A DNA stretch of 55,970 nucleotides, taken from NCBI GenBank assembly GCA_024278215.1, contig JAJRTR010000073.1, positions 1-55,970 of the forward strand, read 5' to 3'. This DNA comes from a bacterium (lineage in GTDB: Bacteria; UBP15; UBA6099; JAJRTR01). Position numbers and translations under genes: made by a program. The notes below the pieces were generated by a model. It was not told the origin of the DNA, did no database searches, and saw nothing but the letters and a program-made list of their open reading frames with translations. Shown piece after piece: positions 48,709-55,970 of the stretch. Each line of letters starts with the position of its first letter. Within the stretch, counting starts at the first letter, position 1.

Positions 48709-49953
48709 TTATTTCAGATTCATGACCTGTCCGGGGGCAATGCGGAAAGCCGTGGTCGGAGAATAATCAGTGATGATCGCAGTTTCCATATCGAGATGTA
48801 CGCCTGTCGCAGTGAAAGCGACATAAACGCCTTCAACAGGCGGTTCGATAGTCTCGCGTTGCAATGAGATAAATATTTCGTTTCCCCTTTTTTCACAATT
48901 CACGATACCTGTATCGTTTATCCAGTGCCGGCCGCGCCTGATGATAGCGGCGCACGATTGTGTGATGCAGCGGCCTTCACGTTCATTATGCTCGCGCTGC
49001 ATTATGACGTTTTTGTCTTCCTCATCTGTAAAAGGGGGACAGGGCGCGCGGGTACACGGTGCGTTCGGTTCGTTGTTAAACTCGGTTTCGCCGAATCCCG
49101 TGCGGTAACTTGAGCATGTGGAACTGAGGAAATAGAGTGGTGAAAAAAGAACGAAAGTTGTTTTATGATAGGGATCGACATCAGTCGGGCGACCGGGATC
49201 GTAAAGTGCGAGAAGATAGAAGTAGTAATTGGCGGGAAAAAGTTCGCCTTCCGCTATGTCGCCGACTGCCTGTATCCTGAAATAGAAACGCCGATCATCT
49301 ATAGCGATCCACGATTTTGTCAGATCGAGTGCGGGGTCTATGGCGAAATTTTTCGTTTTCTCATAAGTGGAATCCTCAGACATCGGAAAGAAACAATCTT
49401 TTGAGCCGGGATGAGGTTCAGTAGTCTCGCAGGGCAATTCGATGTACGTATTCCTGTCTTCATCGCCAAGGCGCGCAAGATAATACAGCGAATCCGCATC
49501 GCGCGGCAGTTTTATTTCTGCTTTCCATCTTTTCTCGACAGGCTCGAGATCGGGAATCACCCCAACCCAGTTTTCCGTGCCGTTCGTTGAATACGCGAAC
49601 TTCGCTTTCAGACCTATCATATATTCTACGTCGGTGTCCTTGGGAGTCATGTAGATGTCCATACTTTCGCCCGCGCGCGGCGAAGACGGCAGTATTTCCA
49701 TTTTATCCAGAATCGGCGGTTTGAGCCTGTCTCGAACGCGTTTAATCAGGAAATCGATACCTGTTGGAAGCTCGACATCATCCTCGGAAGAACACTCCTG
49801 CTGGCAGGAGAAAAGACCGTCCTTATTGCGCGGAAAACACACATTCGAGCACACTTCTTCGCTGAGTTCATCTACAGCGCGCGCCTGCTGCACAAATAAA
49901 ACATGCGGTGCAAGCACCGTAACAAAAACCAATATCCATATTGTATTTCTCAT
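48709..49953 (-). CDS. Secreted Cys-rich hypothetical protein
   Basis: Signal peptide ending ARA; long ORF with several Cys clusters; no family recognised. Confidence 0.7.
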   Translation of the reverse strand: MRNTIWILVFVTVLAPHVLFVQQARAVDELSEEVCSNVCFPRNKDGLFSCQQECSSEDDVELPTGIDFLIKRVRDRLKPPILDKMEILPSSPRAGESMDIYMTPKDTDVEYMIGLKAKFAYSTNGTENWVGVIPDLEPVEKRWKAEIKLPRDADSLYYLARLGDEDRNTYIELPCETTEPHPGSKDCFFPMSEDSTYEKTKNFAIDPALDLTKSWIAIDDRRFYFRIQAVGDIAEGELFPANYYFYLLALYDPGRPTDVDPYHKTTFVLFSPLYFLSSTCSSYRTGFGETEFNNEPNAPCTRAPCPPFTDEEDKNVIMQREHNEREGRCITQSCAAIIRRGRHWINDTGIVNCEKRGNEIFISLQRETIEPPVEGVYVAFTATGVHLDMETAIITDYSPTTAFRIAPGQVMNLK

Positions 49954-50449
49954 GCGTTATAGTTTAACACCGGTCATGAATATGATGAAGTAAAACAGAA
50001 TTATTATTGGCTGTTCACGAGAACAGGATTTGTGAAAACTGCCATTATTTTACCGGATATTCTTCACTCTGCGTGGTAAAGACAGCCGCTGTTTTTGAGT
50101 TTTCACAGCACTATCTGAAAAGCCTGGAATGCAATAACGTAAGTTTTTGCGAAATGGGTCTTTTCTTTTCAAGTGACACTGCACCTGCAACGACATAGTC
50201 GTTGCATTCCAAAGCATTTCAAATACATACCTGTGAACAGTTATCTTTATTGGAGGTTTCCCGTGCTGGTGAAGCAGGCGCGATGAGGTTACTTTAATGC
50301 GGTGCACATAATTCATAGTGAATTTGCGATGCCTGTGTTCCCTAATGTAATTGAACTGTGTTTTTCTTGATTTTACATACGATATTTCTATTGATAGCCG
50401 CTATAATAACAATATTATGCCCAAAGCGATTCGGGACGAGGTTCAGTTT

Positions 50450-52756
50450 ATGCCGCATAAATATACAGGAATAAAAACATTCATTCCGGTGATATTGATT
50501 TTAGTTATTTCCGTTTGCTCTCGGTCTGCCGCGTTTGAGAACACTGGAAACAATGCGGCGCAGATTGATCTGTTTCAGGCGTATCCGTGGTTGAAGGACA
50601 GGATTGCGCTCAGCCAGGAATATGATTTGTCGAAGAGCAGGCCGGCTATGTCGTCGCGGGGCGTGTACGGCGTAGGAAACGGACGTGTATTTGCGCTCGT
50701 GGGTGTCGGCCTGCCCCAGAATACGCTCACTAATCTTGTCGGGCCTGTTTATGAGAAATCAGAAACCGTGCAATTCACCCCGGTATGGAACAGGTTGATA
50801 AGAAACAACGCTGAGATTACGCAAAAACCTGTGGAGAATATAGAACTGCCGAAATGCCTTTTATATCGCGTGCGAGGGGCGGCTATCGTGGTAAACAGGG
50901 AAAGCAACGGCGGCGTTTCGATGTATTCGGTTACTTATGCGCCGCCGGGCGATGAAACAATTTACAGGATAGTTACAGTCAGGAACGAAACGAAAGAACC
51001 GGTGGAGGGGCTGTCACTTGTTGTCGAATCGCACACGATAGAGGAGACGGCGGAGGTGTTCGCCGGAAGCGCGCTCTCGTATAAGTCCGGAGACAGGATA
51101 ATGTTGATAGACCTTCCCGGCGCATCGGCGAAAGCGGCGCCGGGCAAACTCGAGTTTCCCCTGGGCGTACTTGCGCCGGGCGGTGAGGCGGCGGCAATCG
51201 TCAGGATTTCATTTTTCAGGGATGAAGTCGACAGGGGGAAAATCGAGTCGGCCCCGGAATCGTTCTATCCGAAACTCGAAGAAACCCGCGCATACTGGCA
51301 CAACTGGCTCGACGGTTCTCTTTCGGCCCGGTCGTCCGATAAAAAACTCGCGGACTTGTTTGAAAACACGCTCGTGATGCTCAAAACACAGATTGTCGAA
51401 AGCAACGGCGCGCTGGTCGTCATGGCAAGATATTCGGGCGCGTGGTGTCGCGATGCTTACGGCCCGATAAGGTATCTGCTGTGGGGCGGAAAATATAAAG
51501 ATGCGGGCCGGATCGCTGCCTACTACGATTACGCTACCCGCCTGACGGGTTTCAGGAACCGCTACAATGCCGACCTGGATATTAAGGCGGCCCCTGAAGA
51601 ATTCGACTGGCAGATGCTCGACCCGCTGCAGGGCGATGATCCGAACATACTTATCCTTCACATCTACAACTATTATCGTTTCACAGGCGACAGAGATTTT
51701 ATCAGGGAACATTACGGCTTTATGCGCCGCAATATGCTGGGACAGAAATATGATAACTTCATGATGCCTTTTCATGGCGATGAGACTTTCCAGGTGTATG
51801 TGATGATGGCCGAATCCGCTGCCATGCGCGATTTCTATTCGGTGGATACGAATTTCTGGTATACGGTTGCTGCGGAGGCGATGGCGGATATGGCCGGGCA
51901 GATCGGCGAAAAAGAGGATGCCGCTCTATTCAGGAAGCTTGCGAAACAATGCCGCGCCGTCACCGATGAAACCTACTGGCGGGAAGACAGCGGCTTTTAT
52001 ATACCTTATAAAAGGAAAGACACATTGGAGCCTGCGCAGTACCCGTTTGCCAACATAAATCTGCATCCGCTCTGGAACGGTTACGGCAAACCGGCGGATA
52101 GAAAACAAAAAAAGAACCTGCTTAAGACTGTAAAAACTCTTATGTCGAAAAACGGAACAATCAACACCACTCCCCGCGTGAGCTACTACACGGGAATGAC
52201 ACCGGGACTGCTCCTGTACGACCTGAAAAAAATGGGCGCGTACAGGGTTGCCGACCGCGCGTTCACTGCAATGACGAAGGTAATAATGTCGCCGACCGGC
52301 GAATTTGCCGAAGCTTATGACGGCAAGGACCGATGGATAAATTATGCCGCAAATCCTAATCTATACCGTCCATGGGAGACTGCGATTGATGTCGAGGCGC
52401 TGCTCTATTACATACTCGGAATGGAGTACGACCACACTGAAAACCTGTTGACGCTCTATCCCTGTCTGCCCCCCGGTGTCGGCTGGATAGAATTCAGTGA
52501 TCTTCACGCGGGTCCGGCTTCTATCGACATCGGGATAAAGAAGAGTGATTCGGGAACGATCGAAGTCAATATCAGAAATTCGGGGGAAGGTTCTGTCGGT
52601 GTGCAGGTTTATATGGAAGCCGACATGGGCCGCGACACACCGGAAGGCGCGGTGAATTTCGACACTCACGCATGGGCGCGCCGCTTATGGTTATATAAAA
52701 GCAACCTCGCGCCTGGAATGGAAATGAAGAATATCAGCGGCACTATTTCACGTTGA
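50450..52756 (+). CDS. Secreted six-hairpin (alpha/alpha)6 glycoside hydrolase-like protein (GH15-like)
   Basis: Signal peptide; YSGAWCRDA, YWHNWL, GEFAEAYD, C-terminal PCLPPG beta domain; start uncertain. Confidence 0.65.
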   Translation: MPHKYTGIKTFIPVILILVISVCSRSAAFENTGNNAAQIDLFQAYPWLKDRIALSQEYDLSKSRPAMSSRGVYGVGNGRVFALVGVGLPQNTLTNLVGPVYEKSETVQFTPVWNRLIRNNAEITQKPVENIELPKCLLYRVRGAAIVVNRESNGGVSMYSVTYAPPGDETIYRIVTVRNETKEPVEGLSLVVESHTIEETAEVFAGSALSYKSGDRIMLIDLPGASAKAAPGKLEFPLGVLAPGGEAAAIVRISFFRDEVDRGKIESAPESFYPKLEETRAYWHNWLDGSLSARSSDKKLADLFENTLVMLKTQIVESNGALVVMARYSGAWCRDAYGPIRYLLWGGKYKDAGRIAAYYDYATRLTGFRNRYNADLDIKAAPEEFDWQMLDPLQGDDPNILILHIYNYYRFTGDRDFIREHYGFMRRNMLGQKYDNFMMPFHGDETFQVYVMMAESAAMRDFYSVDTNFWYTVAAEAMADMAGQIGEKEDAALFRKLAKQCRAVTDETYWREDSGFYIPYKRKDTLEPAQYPFANINLHPLWNGYGKPADRKQKKNLLKTVKTLMSKNGTINTTPRVSYYTGMTPGLLLYDLKKMGAYRVADRAFTAMTKVIMSPTGEFAEAYDGKDRWINYAANPNLYRPWETAIDVEALLYYILGMEYDHTENLLTLYPCLPPGVGWIEFSDLHAGPASIDIGIKKSDSGTIEVNIRNSGEGSVGVQVYMEADMGRDTPEGAVNFDTHAWARRLWLYKSNLAPGMEMKNISGTISR

Positions 52757-52800
52757 TTTCATACCGTGATCTTCGAAATATTGAAAGAGGTGGAAGGACA

Positions 52801-53238
52801 ATGTCGAATGAATGTGAAATACCGATGAGCAATGCCTCCAGCAAGGAAATCGTGGATATTCTGAAAGAATCGAAGACGATTGCTGTTGTCGGGATATCGG
52901 CGAAGCCGGAGAGAGACAGTAATAGTGTGGCTGCATACTTGCAGAAAAACGGCTACAGGATCATACCTGTGAATCCGAATCTCGACGAAGTGCTCGGAGA
53001 GAAAGCGTATGCGAGTCTGAAAAATATTACTGAGAAAGTCGATGTGGTTGATATCTTCAGAAAACCGGACGCAATTCCGGGTATTGTGGATGAAGCCATA
53101 GAGATCGGCGCGAAAACGGTATGGATGCAGGAAGGACTCGCGCATAACGAATCGGCGAAGAAAGCAAGAGACAAGGGGCTGAAGGTCGTTATGAGCAAGT
53201 GCATCAAAAAAGAGCATATGGCGGCATTTCAGAGTTGA
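52801..53238 (+). CDS. CoA-binding protein (YccU-like)
   Basis: IAVVGIS.KPERDS, IIPVNP, VDIFR, VWMQEG, KCIK. Confidence 0.9.
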   Translation: MSNECEIPMSNASSKEIVDILKESKTIAVVGISAKPERDSNSVAAYLQKNGYRIIPVNPNLDEVLGEKAYASLKNITEKVDVVDIFRKPDAIPGIVDEAIEIGAKTVWMQEGLAHNESAKKARDKGLKVVMSKCIKKEHMAAFQS

Positions 53239-53305
53239 CTTTTGACAAACGACGGGGATATGAGAAATCGGAGCGCGGAAAGCTATAAGGTGCTGTTAAT
53301 ATCCG

Positions 53306-54922
53306 TTAATTGTCGAGCTGTTCTGTTTCGGTGTATCTTTTCCTGATGTAGGTATTCTCGAATGACGGAGCGCCTCCGATGCCTGATTGAATGCCGAAGA
53401 TGAAGGGCTGGTATACATAGGCGGGCCGCTTTGCAAACAGCATAATAACGGCGGCTCCGGGTGTGTCGGCGGTCTCTCCGTAAGTGTTGATCGACGTCCG
53501 GAGACTCATGGCTGAGTTGCGGGACCTGTATTTTTTGTTGTAGAGTGGTTCGCTGACGGATTCAGCGACATTTTCAAGCAGAGGGATCGACCTGAGGATG
53601 AACGCCGGGGCAGCATCGGTCGGGTACTGGAACAGGCCGGGTATAGTGCGGTTTTCCGGCACGATCCGCATACCGAGTTTACCGAGATCGGATTTGATTT
53701 TTTCCGCGACATCTTTAATTTCCGGTATATACTCCGTATACCACAGAGGGAACGAAACCGTAACTTCCTTCATTGCCGGTTCTCCGTCGGCAGTCGCAGC
53801 GTTTTCCTCGTCCGGCACAAACACCTGTTTTGACGCTTCGAGCCGCACGCCCTCGTCGTCACCGGGGCCTTCGAGTCCGTTTGTCACGACAGCTTTCCCG
53901 TCGAGAATCCCCTTTACTATTCCTTTTCTGTCGATCGCATTTGAGATGGAAATCCTGAAAGCGGGTGAAGAAAGCGCTGTGTATGTGGGATTGACATCAA
54001 GCATGTAAGCCCATTTTACCGGGCTGATGACAGGCGTGCGGAACATAGATTGTTCCTGTTTCGAGAGACCGCCGATCGGTACATCGCAAACATCCAGCTC
54101 GCCACGTTTAAAAGCGATCAGGCGGTCGCGCTCACCGCGTATGAGTTTAAATATTATGCGGTCGAGATATGGACGGCCCTCGTGATGGTCCTTGAATGCT
54201 TCGAGAATGATGTCGCCCTGCGGAGTTTTGTCCACATATTTGAAAGGCCCGGTGCCTATCGGCGGTTCGAACAGGCGGTCTGTGGTGGGAATGATAGCTG
54301 TGGCGGGGAAACTGAGATATTTGATGAAATCCGGCTGTTCTCTTTTCATGACTATCTCGAAACGGAGTGAATCTTTTATGATGAAGCCGCTTATGGTTCT
54401 TGATTTTCCCGTTCTGTAGTCGTCGGCGCCCACTACGTTGCTGAATATCCACGAATATGCGGAGTGCTTATTGTTGACAAGTTGTTTGAAACTGTGGAGC
54501 ACGTCTGCGACATCGAGGGGCGAGCCGTCGTGAAATTTTATCCCGCTCCTGAGCTTGAAGTAATACTTCATATTATCGTCCGATGCGATGGGCATGGTGT
54601 CGAGAAGCACAGGGCGAAGTGTGCCTCCGGGACCGGGTGCGATGAGAGTTTCATATATGCAGCCGAGCATCATGAACTCGTGCTTGTTGACACCGAGCAC
54701 CGGGTTTAATCTCGACATTCGGTCGGGCACAGGCACCTTCAGAGTGCCGCCGAATTTTGGGGGCAGCATTGCAGACGCTGGTGCGCAGGCTGTCAGAAAA
54801 GCAATAAGCATGAAAACAAATGTTGCGTTGGCGGCGGCTGAAAATATATTGAAATTCCTGTCGCCGCCGCATTTGCAAAAAGGAATCCGATCAGCTTTTT
54901 TTCTGTGTGTCAAATCATTCAT
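53306..54922 (-). CDS. ABC transporter family 5 substrate-binding-like protein (OppA/DppA type)
   Basis: GGTLKV, IYETL, LRSGIKFHDG, PIGTGPF; start overlaps the upstream stop (ATGAATGA). Confidence 0.8.
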   Translation of the reverse strand: MNDLTHRKKADRIPFCKCGGDRNFNIFSAAANATFVFMLIAFLTACAPASAMLPPKFGGTLKVPVPDRMSRLNPVLGVNKHEFMMLGCIYETLIAPGPGGTLRPVLLDTMPIASDDNMKYYFKLRSGIKFHDGSPLDVADVLHSFKQLVNNKHSAYSWIFSNVVGADDYRTGKSRTISGFIIKDSLRFEIVMKREQPDFIKYLSFPATAIIPTTDRLFEPPIGTGPFKYVDKTPQGDIILEAFKDHHEGRPYLDRIIFKLIRGERDRLIAFKRGELDVCDVPIGGLSKQEQSMFRTPVISPVKWAYMLDVNPTYTALSSPAFRISISNAIDRKGIVKGILDGKAVVTNGLEGPGDDEGVRLEASKQVFVPDEENAATADGEPAMKEVTVSFPLWYTEYIPEIKDVAEKIKSDLGKLGMRIVPENRTIPGLFQYPTDAAPAFILRSIPLLENVAESVSEPLYNKKYRSRNSAMSLRTSINTYGETADTPGAAVIMLFAKRPAYVYQPFIFGIQSGIGGAPSFENTYIRKRYTETEQLDN

Positions 54923-55970
54923 TTTCAGTCTCAGGTTCGTTCGTCTTTTCCGTTCCGATAATATCGACATCACTGTCGAGTCTCCTGGCGGTGTCTTTGT
55001 ATTCGGGCAGCAGTCGGAAAAGAATCTGGCGGCCCGTACCGGTCTGGAGAACACCCAGAAGTTCCATTTCTCCGTTTTTGTCGAGGTCGCAGTCTGTGAG
55101 TTGAACGACAGCGCCGCCGAGCGGGTCCGTGCGCCATACCTCGGTAATCTCGCTGCCGGTATAATTCAGCATCACTATCGCATCGTCCGTGTCGGAACTT
55201 GTAGTTGTGAAAAGATAGCTTCCATCCGGTGTGCGCGGACCGCAAACGAGCTGTCCGCCATATTCCGGTTCCGTCCGCGCCATGAGTTTGCTCGGTCCCT
55301 GGAAGACCTTCACTGCGCCGGTTTCAGTCACAACAGCGATTCTCGCAAGCTCGGCGCTTACAAGCGTCCATCTCATGATGCAGCCCGAATAGTAGTTTTC
55401 CTGTATCGGAAACCCTGTTTTACGGGGTTCCGCGTCGTTTGCTTCCACGAAATGAGTGCTGCCGCCGTCGCGTGAGATAATACCTTCTCCATAGTCGGCC
55501 ATCAGATATACGGACTGCATGGGCAGCAGGTCCACCATATATGAATTGATCCTGCCCGCTTTCTCGAGGCTATGGTTGTTGATACTCCATCTATACGCGA
55601 AAGACTTAGTGAATTTGTTCAGTGAAACGAACACCATGCGACGCCCTTTATGCGTGCCTGCGAAAACCGTGGCGGCGGTACCGCGCCGTGGGAAACTCTT
55701 TGCGAATTCACCCTTCCATTCACGCACGAGACGTCCCTTTTTATTGAAACGAAAAACCTCCATCGACGAGGTCGTCATCATTACAATTCCCGGCGTATCA
55801 ATTTCATCGAGCGAAATCACATCTATTGCTATAATGTCACCCGTCGGCTGCTCACCCTCGAAATATTCGATCTTGCCGGGAACAGCGAGCGGTAGTTCAT
55901 GCAGAAGGTCGATGTCGGACTCGGGGACTTCGCTTGCAAGAAAATTGTCGTCATCGAACGGAGTTGAAAA
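54915..55970 (-). CDS. Hypothetical beta-propeller/FG-GAP-like protein, 5' end outside the window
   Basis: Frame is open to the window edge; DLDKNGEMEL motif. Confidence 0.65.
   Translation of the reverse strand, partial: FSTPFDDDNFLASEVPESDIDLLHELPLAVPGKIEYFEGEQPTGDIIAIDVISLDEIDTPGIVMMTTSSMEVFRFNKKGRLVREWKGEFAKSFPRRGTAATVFAGTHKGRRMVFVSLNKFTKSFAYRWSINNHSLEKAGRINSYMVDLLPMQSVYLMADYGEGIISRDGGSTHFVEANDAEPRKTGFPIQENYYSGCIMRWTLVSAELARIAVVTETGAVKVFQGPSKLMARTEPEYGGQLVCGPRTPDGSYLFTTTSSDTDDAIVMLNYTGSEITEVWRTDPLGGAVVQLTDCDLDKNGEMELLGVLQTGTGRQILFRLLPEYKDTARRLDSDVDIIGTEKTNEPETENE

Overview
Bacterial chromosomal window of roughly 50% GC (estimated by eye) from a lineage I cannot assign; probably a metagenome contig. 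It holds about 33 intact-looking CDS. Housekeeping genes are ilvC, cheX, malQ-glgB, clpC and tyrA. Lipid/acyl-CoA genes are an Fe-ADH with an SCP2-like gene, a C45 Ntn-hydrolase, an Ltp4/Ltp3-like thiolase-fold pair with SCP2-SCP2-DUF35 and DUF35 partners, and a TamH-like aminotransferase-acyl reductase fusion followed by a GT-C glycosyltransferase. Secreted proteins include a 2790-aa protein with four 7-bladed FG-GAP propellers and a divergently transcribed C25 gingipain-TPR protein. Two unexplained gene pairs are a minimal dehydratase-like Fe-S protein with its activator ATPase, and an HD-GYP gene coupled to a methyltransferase with an atypical DPPD motif. Intergenic DNA is rich in palindromes: four copies of a ~178-bp rod-shaped MITE (two with 4-bp target duplications), a related 160-bp element before clpC, and several REP-like families. 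One amidohydrolase has a premature TAA, and the first ~125 bp look chimeric. I found no rRNA, tRNA, CRISPR array or transposase. All family calls come from motif recognition, not database searches.
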